Positions 52,201-62,596 of a stretch of DNA of 64,000 nt are shown one piece after another. The stretch is taken from NCBI RefSeq assembly GCF_964355755.1, contig NC_092676.1:27546871-27610870 (forward strand), read 5' to 3'. This DNA is from Antedon mediterranea. Taxonomy: Eukaryota > Animalia > Echinodermata. Both the position numbers and the translations under genes were made by a program. Numbering within the stretch: position 1 is the first letter of the stretch; the number at the start of each line of letters is the position of its first letter. The notes beneath the pieces were generated by a model. That model saw nothing but the letters and a program-made list of their open reading frames with translations. It was not told the DNA's origin and made no database searches.

Positions 52201-55200
52201 AATAGTAGAATGGCCGGGTACACACCTTTTAGGACTGTGAAATACCTTACGGCTATTAATCAAATTGTGCCACATTTATGCAAAAAAGAAAATAATTTTT
52301 GTGAACAACTTGGGTTCTCTGGTGTTATCAGCATTTTTCTAAGTTTTAAAAATGTCATAAAAATACATCCTTACTGTACTATTTGTCAAATAGCCAAGCA
52401 GAAGCGGCCGTTTACTTCACCAACAATATAGGCATAGGTTCAAGGTCGACTAGCTCCTACAGCAGTTCTGGTGGTAGAACAAGTTTTTGGATAAAGACTA
52501 TATACAAACTGTAGGTCCAGTATACACAGTAGACCAGGCAAGTAGGGGGTTACCCCAGTGAACTGGTTCACAAAATAGCCTCTGTATCAGGGGATTACCA
52601 CCTATCTGATAGGAAAGTGATTAATTTACTATTGGTAATCCTTGGCCAAATGTGCCTAAAGGCATAACATACAAATAAATATTTACCCTAAAAGGATACA
52701 AAAGAAAGAAATTGAAATCTTGAATTCAGTAGGATTCAATATTGATTGTTTATGCAGTACAGAAGTCAGAGGCTCCACACATTCTGGGGCAATGTTCTAT
52801 CTTATCAGAAGTTGACTACAGTAGTTCACAAATGGTTTTAAAATGAAACAAACTTATTGTTTTGAAATATTTCGGAAGTTTTGTCTTTTTTAAAGCAGAC
52901 AAATCTAAAAATTGGTCTAAAATAAATATTTTCATTGGACATGTTTGTAAAATCTGTAAATTAATTGTAAAAAGATTTCTTTATAAGATTGTTGACATGA
53001 CTTTTGAAATGAACTGTTACCTTTAAAACAGTATAGGCTTTGTTGTATTGCTTGTGTTTTTGTTGCAAAGTATAAAGTTATGATTTGTGAACAATTGATA
53101 TCCTTTTTCTTAGCAGTAGAAAAAAAAAAAATTATTTTGAAAGTCATTCAACCAATGTATGTTTACACTTCTTAGATGGAATGCGTAGTAATGGGTATTT
53201 CTTTGGCTATGGAGGTAAAACTAAAATCAAATTCATCTATAATGTTTTTATTTAATGTACGCCTTTTAGAAAACAGACAGTTTAAATAAAAATCGCTTTT
53301 TTTGTATGCTATTGTATTATTATTCAGGTGAAACATGTACTGTACCCTTTAACGTGGTGGACATTAAACGAGTAGAACGTTAAGTGATATAATGTCAGAG
53401 GTCAAATTCTATGTCAAAATTGTTGCTTAGATTAAAGGCTACTACAGTGATTATATTTCACAGCTTTGTTGATTGCTTCGAGAGCATTTCCTTTGCCTTC
53501 TTCATCCTAATTTTCTCGGCCAACTGATATTAAAAAATTATGGAAAGACGTCCAGAGAGAAAATACAGGTATTGCATTACAAGACACATTGTCAGAAATT
53601 ACGCTAATAATATAAAATTACAAGATATTGAATTCTTGAATAGAAAGTTTTCACACTAAAGGGTCATCAAAAATAAGTACCATGCATTAAGATGACCTTT
53701 GACCTAATTCTTTGAATGTACAGTACCGTATTGTATATTTTAACTTTTGAAAGTTTCACAGAAATCGGAGTGCTCCTACTCAGACAGTACATTGACTGTG
53801 TTAGTTAATTTACAGTATCCCCTTTTTGGCTGTCAGGCTAGTAAAAGGTAGCCAACTAGCCCTATTGAAGTCCAGAAAAAGTCCTACCGCTAAACTTCTG
53901 CTGTTAATGTTACTAGTCCACCTGGCATGAAACAAAGTGTAGTTGGTCTATAGTCGATTTTGTTGGGCTAGTTTACTTACAGTATTTCAAATCAAGCATA
54001 TTCGATGGTTAAACAACCATTTGAACTTTGTTTCAAAGTGTTGCACAATTATTATAAACTGTACAGCTAAATAGATACGTTCATGATTGGGCAACATAAA
54101 ATAATTTACAAGAAGTCGTTGAGGTGTATGTCAATAGTTATTCATCCATATTCAACAGAATTCCTTCACAACTATGATAGAAAATTATAGATAGCCTTGA
54201 CTCTGTAACTCCAATGAATATTAAATATTTAATACTAGTTTCAGTGTTGTCCTGTTAATAGGGAGTTTCAATTGTAGTTTTTAATACTGTACAGTGATAA
54301 CAGGTATATTACTGTTTGTGTAATGTAAGAATATAAAAACATGAACTTAAAGCTCAGATACAGGCATGAATTTTAAATATAATATCTGGTTAATTGTACA
54401 TAAATCAAATATTTGTAACAGAAATCAAGACAAAAAAGCATGAATTTCTCTTAATATGGTCAAATACAAAACTTGGCAAAAATTTGCCATAAAAACCAGG
54501 AAGACTTTTTTTCAGTAGTTAGGTAGTTTAACCTATGTAATAACATGTCTGGTGACTCCCTAGAAGGTGAAAAAAGATGGTGGATATACGGTGGATAATT
54601 TTTGCATTAGCATGAAAATAAAAATCTGAAGTTGAATAAAAATACTAGAAATGTAAAATTCAAGTTATATTACCTATATTTAGTCATTTGATAACATTTT
54701 TTACCACACCGTTTATTTTTCATAGCTTTTTAAAATGCCTCTCTATTTACAAAATTTGTGTATAAAAGAATAGAGATTTTACTGTGTAAGTTGAACTATC
54801 CCCCCACTGATAAGAAAGTGCTTATTTTCAACAAGCTCGTGTAACACAAATAAAATCCCAAAAATTATGAAACATAGGGGAAACTATAGATCGATAATTA
54901 TTGGAATGTATGATCAATAGAAATGTTTTGCCCGCACCTGGCCTTTAAAAGGTAGGAAGTTTAAAGGCATGCTGCACATAATATATTTCAATAAAAAAAT
55001 TACAATTAAAAGAGTTAAAATTATATTAAAAATAATTGGTTGGAAATATTAAATTACTGTCGGCATAAAAAAAAAATGTGAAAAAAAAAATTTCTTTGAA
55101 TAGGCAATTTATTTTTAATTTCAACATATTAATTATTAACTTGACCACAAAAGTATATGGGAAAAAATTATTTACCAATAATAATACTAGTAAAACAGAT

Positions 55201-58200
55201 ACCGGAAGCCAATATTGTCCAGAAATCAATAAGATTCTGGTTAAATGACTGTAAGGGTTTTAATTTTGTTTTGTTTTCAATGAAAATGAATAAAGTTGTC
55301 ATACCACTACTGTATTTGGGCATATCACTATCATATTTGTTGGGTACACACTTTTTTTGTCAAACTAGTTTGATAGTGTAGACAGAGCTTTTTCAAACAA
55401 ACTTTATTTCATTCAGTTTTTCATGTTTTGGAGGGACAATACATTTTTAAGAGTTGAAAATATCAAATAATTGAGTTTTAGATAGAATATTAATGTACAG
55501 TAGTACTATGTACTGTTGAATAAATGAATTACCTCCGATTGCCCCCTCATTACATCATGTAATCTATGGCGATGTTGAATGTTTCCTTTTGTACATTAAT
55601 GTAATGAATATTTATTAACGATTTCCGTTTGCAATCCTTGAACATTAAGTGGATGTTATTTATGTCTTTACGCCTGCCTGCCATTATCATTGGGTGTGGC
55701 ATCAATAGTATTTGTCTATGTATCATTACATTTTAAGGCGTACTACTGTATAATGGATCTATTGGTGGTAGGTGTGTGGATACTGTACTTTACGGTTATT
55801 TGCTTTTGTAAGGTGATTGGTTTAAGTCTACATGTTAACTATAAGCAAATGTATAGGTTGATTTAAAGGTACACATCCTCTAAATGCATGTCACTGGTTC
55901 AAATCCTACTGTAGTTGTACTGTTGTACTTGTGAGTGTTGGTGATTCAATGGGTGTGTGGATACTTACGGTTTTCTGCTTTTATATGGGGATTGGTTGAA
56001 GTCTACATTTTGACATGCAAATATGTATAGATTGTAAATGTATAGGTTAATTTAAGGTACCCATCCTGAATGAATGTCAATGGTTTAAATCCTAGCTGTG
56101 CCCAGTACTACTCTACTACTGTAGCTATTGAATGTGGGTGGTTTAATGGGTATACAGTAGCTGATAATGTACAGCTTTATATACTGTAGGTTAGTTTAGT
56201 CTATGTTGAATAAACCTGCTGTGTATAGTGTAGCTTGTTCAAGTCTGTGTTGACTAGTGTAAATGTAGAGTTGGTTTTAAAGTACCGTATCTTCCTCATG
56301 CATATTATCATTGACTGAACTCTTAGTTCATCAACTGAAACCTCATACTTTCCAAATTAGCTTAATCTTATTTTCTTATGCCATTAGAATTTAATTAGGA
56401 TTTATTTATTCATAATTCTTTTTCCAGAGTTGAATATAAATATTTTTCATTAAGTTTAGAGTTTGTCTAATTTATTTAATAAACCAACCACCCACCAGCA
56501 TGCAGTAATCCGAAAATGATTATTGTAAAGATTCATTTTTTTCATTCCATTTTAATATTTCCATTTATTCAGTAATATAACATATTTTCAACTCATTACT
56601 TACAAATGGCAATTGTTGAATTGATGAAATCGCTAAGAAATTTACATTTTCAATTTACAAGCTTGACATAATTATGCATGATTTATCGTTCTATAGGATC
56701 TTGACAATTTTATTCTACTTAAAAACTGTTTACTATACCTGGGATTTCTAATATTGACGGCGGAAGTGTTTTACTGTCGGTGTACATAATAATAAGGGAA
56801 GATTCTGTTTTAAACGATTATTGAAATTATCAGGGATTTAGATATGAAATTTTAGGAGCAGGTAGGTACATTTTGAAATGTATTCACCATAATTCTTATG
56901 AATAAATTATATTAAATAAGATCGACAATGATGACCATCCGAGAATGATGGCCATCAGATAAAGATGACCATCAGAGAATAATGATTGTCAGAGGATGAC
57001 CATTACATAAAGTAACAGTTCGCTAGAACAGTCCAGATCTTGATGGCTAAAGTTAAGGGTGGGTAGGGAAAAAAACTTACTTTTAAATATATTCAGAGGT
57101 TGGATGGATGCTGTGTTGAAAATAGGCTCAGTGAAAAGCCACCTCTCCACTTTCCCCTCCTAGTACAATGATATCCTCCAATTGTTCAATCTTGAGGTGG
57201 GCAGGGCATCTAGGAAGGATACACGATGGTAAGTAAATACCATATATTTCGGTGTATAAGTCGCACTTTTGACACGCAAATTTGACCTCTAAATTAAGGG
57301 TACACCGAACATAAATGCCTCACCACACAGATTGTACATATCGTCACCTCGTTGGGGATTCCCCTCGTTGGCTAGGCCTAGACTAGCTACAGTGTACTAA
57401 CGTAACGGCAACTTGCTTCTGCCTAGTTTTCAAGGCATTTTAGCGTGATGTTATACTAAATATGATGAAAAGATTTGTTCATTTGGAGCTGTTTTAGGCG
57501 CTCCGATAACATTTCATTTGTAAACGTTTACGATTGGAATAGGATTTATTTATAGTTATACGCACGATCGCCGACCGCCGTACCCTCAGCGCAAGCCCTT
57601 CTTGGTGGCGGCCACATGGTCTACGGTATTCGACTAGTATATTCTCCAGTTGATTCAAGCATGGACCTAGCGTATACACTTCTCGGATACATAGATACTA
57701 ATCGAATACGATTGTCTGTGAAAACGTGCGCCCTCTCGAAATGATTGAGCGAGGCTAGCCCAAACACGTGCGTGTTACACACACGGTCATGCCCTCGATG
57801 TTGCAGGTGCGAAACTCATGAATAACAAGTTAGAAAGAACTTGTTGAGGCTGGGCGCGGCCGAGCCTAGGTAAGAAAAACCCTAAATAAAGGACTCCGTT
57901 GTAGATATAACAAGATATATTATTACAATAATATTGATTACAATTTAAAAAAACATTGTTTTGATGAAATATAAAGTGCGTCTTATACATCGACGATATA
58001 TAAAATACCGATATTTTACTCTCAGGGGGTGCGTCTTATACACAGGTGCGACTTATACACCGAAATATACGATAGACACAATTGGCAACCATTATATGGG
58101 AAAATAAAGAGGGGTAGACCTCATTCGAGATGGAGGGATGGGCTCATCAGACACTGGTACCACAACATGGCCAAGATTTATGAAAGGAATAACTGGCACC

Positions 58201-61200
58201 AGTTGGAGGAGGCCTTAGCCCAGCAGTGGGACGATATAGGCTCAAGAAGAAGTTCAATTTTAAGTTAAGTTGATGGGTTTCAACATCTGTAGGCTCTGTG
58301 ACCTCACCTAGACCGCACCTAGTCTAACTGCGATATTTCTACCATAGCATATCCTGTTTTTGATATTTCATTCAAACGACCTGACATCACATGACCATTA
58401 CAAATTTGAAAGTTGGCTTATTTATATTACAGTATAGTATAGTATAGTATAGTATAGTCAGGTATCCACAATCTGCACTCACTTCATAAAATTATAAGAA
58501 CCTTATTTACAGTACAATGAAATTATGGAAAATTGTAATACTAATAAAACTATACATAATTATGAAATAAAATGTTTTGTTATTGAAATTGTTTGTGTTG
58601 CAAAGAAATTGGATTTACTTTAATGGTGTTAATATAATAATAGGTTATTTTTTCGAAAGCTCCCTTTTTTCCCTTTTTTCGAAAGCTCCCTTTTATGTAT
58701 TTTCTCATAGAAAGTTAAGGACATTGAACTTGCATTATTGATATGAATAATAACATTGATATATATCTCATTGCTATTTTACTATTCAAGTAATTTAATA
58801 ATAAAATGTTATGGTTGAGTAAATACACTGCATAAAATTTGTCCTATATCATTTTCATCTATGATTAATGATGAGCTTTCATAATAAATTTACATTATTA
58901 ACAATTTAAAGATGCCGATTGCTACGGATCAGCTGTGTCGTATATTTCAAAGCTTTATTTTCCTGGATTTCCCATTTAAAATATGGAATTATATTATTAG
59001 TAGTTGACCTATTTCTGTAAAGTACAATCAGAGATAGTGTAGTGTGATTTGTTTAAGTTAATTTTGATGCTACATGTCTACACAGGTGTGGCACACAGTT
59101 CCTTTCCAGCTGATTGTCGGCGTTGAGGGAGTCCTTCCGCCGGCAGCTTAAGACCTTTTTTGCATTACCAGTTTTATGTTGAAAGCTCTGTCTATACTAT
59201 CAAACTTTGTTTATGTGACAATATATGGACATGATGATGTCATATCACTGCCATATTTGGGCATGTCATATTTGTGCACATCATACTTTTTTTTGTCAGA
59301 ACTAGTTTGATTGTGTAGATATAAAATAATGTAATAATGTTGTGGAGCTAAATATTATACTAGCTGGAAATAATTTGATATTTTTAACCACATCCTTTAC
59401 TAATACTAATAGTGCATTTATGAAATTCTAAACTTCCTTTTCTTTTGTAAAAATATTGTACACTCTATAGTAAAGTCAGTAAAGGATTCTAATTTATAAG
59501 AAATTTAGAATATAAATGAATTATTGATACTAATAATAAAATCATGACTCTTTTCAATTTGTGATTCTATTTGACTAATCAATTGATCCTTGGAGTAAGC
59601 ATGAATTGAATGAGGCCGCGGTCGTGGGGTAAAAAGGATTACGCTTGCATTACCTCTGTTGTACAGTAGGGTCAACCATGGAGAAATCAGTTAACTGATT
59701 TCTCCATGGGTCAACCGAATATGATGTTTGGATCTGTCAAGTTAGAATGAGTGACAGCTGTCACCTGTCCGTCAAACATCACCTGTGTTATAATTTGTTG
59801 TAGCCTGGCTTTACCCCCTATTTATAAGGTTAACTTACACATATCCCTTTTAGTGCATGTGTTGGACTTTTGTAAACTCGCATCATTTCAAATTGCTTGG
59901 TTTTTTTTATAGCCGCCAAAACCGAAGTCACCGGTGAAAGGGAAGAAACCGAAACAGACCAAGGCAGAGAAGGAAAGACAGAAGAAAGAAGAAGCTGAAA
60001 GAAAACTGAGGGAAGAAGGTATGTGAAGAAAAGACAAATTTAATATTAATTGATTCTGAAAAAAAATAAACGGGTCCAAAGTAGAAGTATCCAGTATCTC
60101 AATTCCTGGAAGAATTAAAGATAATATTCAATGTGTGTAATAATTATAATTAAGATCAAAGTTCATTTTGGGTGTGTTAGTAAAATGATATGAATATGAA
60201 AAGTGAAGTACTTGACAAGTTGATGAAAAGTGAAATTTGATTAGCTCTAGGGATTGTTACATATCATATGAGATAAACATGTTAGATTAAAAAATAAAAA
60301 GTAACTGTTCTCGGCTGGATTGAAAAAAAGATGAATTATGTGAATAAATTACCTTAATTCTCTTTGCAGCACTGTAGAAACAATATTAAACGTAAAGTTA
60401 TCAATTAAAAGTCTATTCCCTACGTTTTTTAGATCTAATTTAAGGTCACAAACTACATTTAATATAAAAATAAATACATACATTCATTCATTCATTCATT
60501 TATTCAATATTATGTAGGACACTGGCCCAAGTACAATAATACTTTATGGTCCTATTGCGATAACTATTTTTGTCTTCAAACCGTTAAAAATGTGAAAAAT
60601 AAAGTCGATTCTAATAACTTAAGCGGCCTGCTATAAATCCCAACATGCATTGCGAGCGGATTGATATTTTTATGTTTCTTCTGTGATTCAATCTTTTTTT
60701 TTTTTAACTTTTCAAGAAGAGGCACGTTTAAAAGCGGAACAAGAGGAAAAAGAACACCAAGAAAAGGAACGTCTTGAGAATGAAGAGCGATCACGTATAG
60801 AGGCCGAGGTAGACACTTTTAATTGATTTTTTAGGCCGACCGCATTTCTGTCCTATTTCTGCTCCCAAATAACTGTTTTAATTAAAATGGTATATTAACT
60901 TGTTGTTAGTTTGCGCAGCAGACACAAGATCTTGGAAAACGAAAACAATGTAATCAAGGCATTTTACAAATAGAATAAATTACAATAATAAGCGTATTTA
61001 TTAATAGTCCTATTTTCTGTGAATATTCTAAATTTATATTGATAAATATCACATGTCTATATTTTGTTTATATTTGTCTTATCTCATATTTCTCTAGGGA
61101 CATGTACTTAGCTTAAAAATCCCCATTCAGTAGATTGACCTGTGAGGACTATAATGTCACTCATATCAGGTTGAAGCACTTGAAATTGTCACAGATTCGT

Positions 61201-61999
61201 CCTTGCACCAGTCACTTGTCTGATCCTCAGGTCCTAAATTGACTGACATTATAAAATAATATAATTGGTTCCATTTTGATAAAATTACAGTGGAAATGTT
61301 CATTTTGTCTATTTTTTATAACTAAGCAAAACTTGATATTGCTTCTATTCTACATGCTGTTTTCTCTATCGGAGTTAAGCTCTGTCCACACTATAAACTT
61401 TATGTGACAAAAATGTGCACATATATGGACATCATGATGTCATATCACTACCATATTTGGGCACATCATGCTTTTTTTTGTCAAACTAGTTTGATAGTGT
61501 AGACAAGGCTTTATATTGTCATAGTTACATTGTTTAGTTTGTTCTGCAATCAACAAACACAAAAAATACTTTTCCAGGAAAACAGATAAGATTCATATTT
61601 TAGTTATGAGATATTGGCTCAAAATGAGGTATTATTTTTCATATCATAATTCATAATTTGGCACAAGTATCTGTTCAATGGGGTTGAGGTAGTACCTTCA
61701 TGGTCCTTGATTTGTCCCCTTTATAATTTCTTCCATCAACCCTTGCTCACACAAATAGTAACTGTTCTGAATTGTTTCTGAATCTACCCTTATCAATACA
61801 CACTTGTCCATTAGTATTTCCACTACAAATTCCAGTGGCCCTTTACGATGTGTTCAACGACACTACTTCATTAAGGCGTATTGTTTTATTTCAGGAGAAA
61901 GAGCAGCATACTGCTGAGGTTACGGAACTCGGCAACATTCTTCATGGCAACGCGACAGCTCTACAGAATGTTCTGGAAGAAAGGAGGTCAAAGGCTAAG
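34069..61999 (+). CDS. DNAI7: Dynein axonemal intermediate chain 7 (CASC1/CFAP94, axonemal 84 kDa protein)-like, N-terminal part, incomplete at the 3' end: join(34069-34071,59913-60018,60717-60808,61895-61999,...)
   Basis: Spliced product MPPKPKSPVKGKKPKQTKAEKERQKKEEAERKLREEEEARLKAEQEEKEHQEKERLENEERSRIEAEEKEQHTAEVTELGNILHGNATALQNVLEERRSKAK resembles the CASC1 N-terminus as I recall it (K-rich start, TKAE, EEEEARLK). Phases are consistent. The region is low-complexity coiled coil, so the identity is not certain. Confidence 0.72.
35408..35692 (-). mobile_element. LINE (L2/CR1-like) 3' end remnant
   Basis: Minus strand SFVPQCI-like coding tail, AATAAA, then (TCTTGTA)n tail. Confidence 0.4.
36838..37005. 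mobile_element. MITE family A
   Basis: Near-complete; right end GACAGAGCT-TAA. Confidence 0.9.
37073..37242. mobile_element. CAGGG-ended MITE, family D copy 2
   Basis: Same sequence with 22 extra internal nt; CACTG on both flanks. Confidence 0.85.
38380..39377. mobile_element. MITE family A (reverse) split by a nested Tc2-like element
   Basis: Halves 38380-38472 and 39309-39377 rejoin to the family consensus. Confidence 0.88.
38473..39308. mobile_element. Non-autonomous Tc1/mariner (Tc2/pogo-like) element, family B copy 1
   Basis: TIR C(C/T)GTATATTTCGGTGTATAAGTCGCAC, TA duplication on both sides, no transposase ORF; second copy at 57240. Confidence 0.92.
39885..40322. repeat. 60-bp purine-rich minisatellite, ~7 copies
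   Basis: Unit AGTGTAAGAAAGGAGATGGGGTATGAGAAAGCAGAGTGGGGTACGAGAAAGGGGAAGATC, in register across the 60-nt lines. Confidence 0.97.
40699..41633. mobile_element. Non-autonomous Tc2/pogo-like element, family C
   Basis: Perfect 25-bp TIR CCGTATTTTCCGGAGTATAGGTCGA, TA TSD, subterminal GGGGGTCGACTTATA repeats. Confidence 0.92.
42748..42948. repeat. Local direct duplication (~75 bp, spaced ~120 bp)
   Basis: TACAT.TTGTGAAATATAAATGGCAT...TTTTAGTGACAT occurs twice. Confidence 0.7.
45827..46010. mobile_element. MITE family A with four 21-bp internal units
   Basis: TIRs plus (GATATGCCCAAATATGGTAGT)x4. Confidence 0.9.
46972..48988. mobile_element. 2.0 kb non-autonomous DNA transposon with TAGG ends and 7-bp TSD (hAT-like)
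   Basis: Perfect 17-bp TIR TAGGTATCCCAATGAAA; CTTGTAT on both flanks; CpG-rich interior in a CpG-poor intron; no long ORF. Confidence 0.85.
51112..51420. repeat. ~182-bp tandem duplication
   Basis: ATCTATTGGAG..GGAATTGTACCAAAAATAAGGT..GTAGATATAATTTAGATT occurs twice. Confidence 0.8.
52405..52680 (+). mobile_element. SINE remnant with Deu/Nin-like core
   Basis: B-box-like GGTTCAAG (52437), then GGATAAAGACTATA..AAACTGTAGGTCC and AGTAGGGGGTTACCCCAGTGAACTGG, resembling the recalled Deu-SINE core; A-rich tail. Confidence 0.55.
55295..55389. mobile_element. MITE family A, partial (reverse)
   Basis: Ends GTCAAACTAGTTTGATAGTGTAGACAGAGCT. Confidence 0.85.
55745..56320. repeat. Degenerate ~180-bp tandem repeat x3
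   Basis: GGTGTGTGGATAC..TACGGTT, GATTGGTT.AAGTCTACAT and AAATGTATAGGTT.ATTTAA recur. Confidence 0.75.
56927..57005. repeat. 17-bp tandem repeat (GATGACCATCAGAGAAT)
   Basis: About 4.5 imperfect units. Confidence 0.7.
57192..58252 (+). mobile_element. RTE-clade LINE 3' fragment (pseudo-ORF2 C-terminus) split by family B copy 2
   Basis: 57192-57237 reads LRWAGHLGRIHDGK*; 58075-58245 reads HNWQPLYGKIKRGRPHSRWRD...RNNWHQLEEALAQQWDDIG; AGAAGAAG tail. These are characteristic RTE C-terminal motifs. Confidence 0.8.
57240..58072. mobile_element. Non-autonomous Tc2/pogo-like element, family B copy 2
   Basis: Colinear with and highly similar to 38473-39308, same orientation, TA flanks. Confidence 0.92.
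59184..59321. mobile_element. MITE family A (reverse)
   Basis: Left TIR intact, right end clipped. Confidence 0.85.
59677..59708. mobile_element. 32-bp fully palindromic micro-element with 7-bp TSD (P-element-like CATG ends)
   Basis: GGTCAAC-CATGGAGAAATCAGTTAACTGATTTCTCCATG-GGTCAAC. Confidence 0.75.
59913..60018 (+). CDS. DNAI7: DNAI7-like exon 2 (PPKPKSPVKGKK...KLREE)
   Basis: Acceptor ttttttttatag, donor G|GTATGT, 106 nt, purine-rich and open. Confidence 0.85.
60409..60628. mobile_element. Partial inverted copy of the Kolobok-like MITE, with an (ATTC)n-containing insert
   Basis: Reverse-complement match to ~63440-63593 (TTCCCTACGTTTTTTAGATCTAATTTAAG; TATGGTCCTATTGCGATAACT; AAACCGTTAAAAATGTGAAAAATAA). 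Confidence 0.75.
60717..60808 (+). CDS. DNAI7: DNAI7-like exon 3 (EEARLKAEQEE...RIEAE)
   Basis: Long T tract then AAG acceptor, donor GAG|GTAGAC, 92 nt, phase 1 to 0. Confidence 0.85.
61378..61510. mobile_element. MITE family A (reverse)
   Basis: TSD TTA/TTA. Confidence 0.9.
61895..61999 (+). CDS. DNAI7: DNAI7-like exon 4 (EKEQHTAEV...RRSKAK)
   Basis: Acceptor ttttatttcag, donor AAG|GTAAGG, 105 nt. Confidence 0.85.
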
Positions 62000-62382
62000 G
62001 TAAGGTGATTGAGTTAGACTCCATAGGTAAATTTGAGGGTATTTTGTTCTCACTAGGGATCAACTTATTTTTTGATTGCCAAATTTACTACCAGACAGCA
62101 AACCTAAAATTGTATGGGAACCTTTTAATAATCTGTTGAATGATTTAGATGAAATGAATGAGGTTTTATAAAGATTGACCTATTATTAAATATTGGAATG
62201 AGTTGTACATGGTTATTTAAATAATTAAATTAAATAAGTTTTCACATAATGTCTTGGTATTTATAATATTTTATAAAGAATGTATTCTGATAATTTAGTG
62301 TGAACTAAAGCTAACCTACAAATTAAGCTTGCATTCACATGGCTTCTCCTTTGAGAAATGAAATAAAGCTAAATTACTGATG

Positions 62383-62596
62383 AGCAGAGGTTGCTAACGA
62401 TCGCGCTTTGTTGCTGATGCAACCCCTTGATCACTTGTGTTGAATAAATTACTGAAATTAAATGAAAAAGCGTAGATTAGGACCGGGCCCAACTAGCAGG
62501 GGTTGCGGAAACTAACGATGTAGCTTTGTTGCTGATGCAGCACTTGATCGCTTGTGTCAAATAAATAAACGAAATTAAATGAAAAAGCGTAGGTTC
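62383..62596. repeat. ~120-bp tandem duplication, possibly inside a Harbinger-like MITE (62326-62611)
   Basis: GCTTTGTTGCTGATGCA..CTTGATC.CTTGTGT..AATAAAT..GAAATTAAATGAAAAAGCGTAG occurs twice. Confidence 0.7.

Noticed and set aside
58029-58268. 79-aa ORF as a host gene
   Set aside because: It is a chimera of a MITE terminus and a degraded RTE LINE ORF2.
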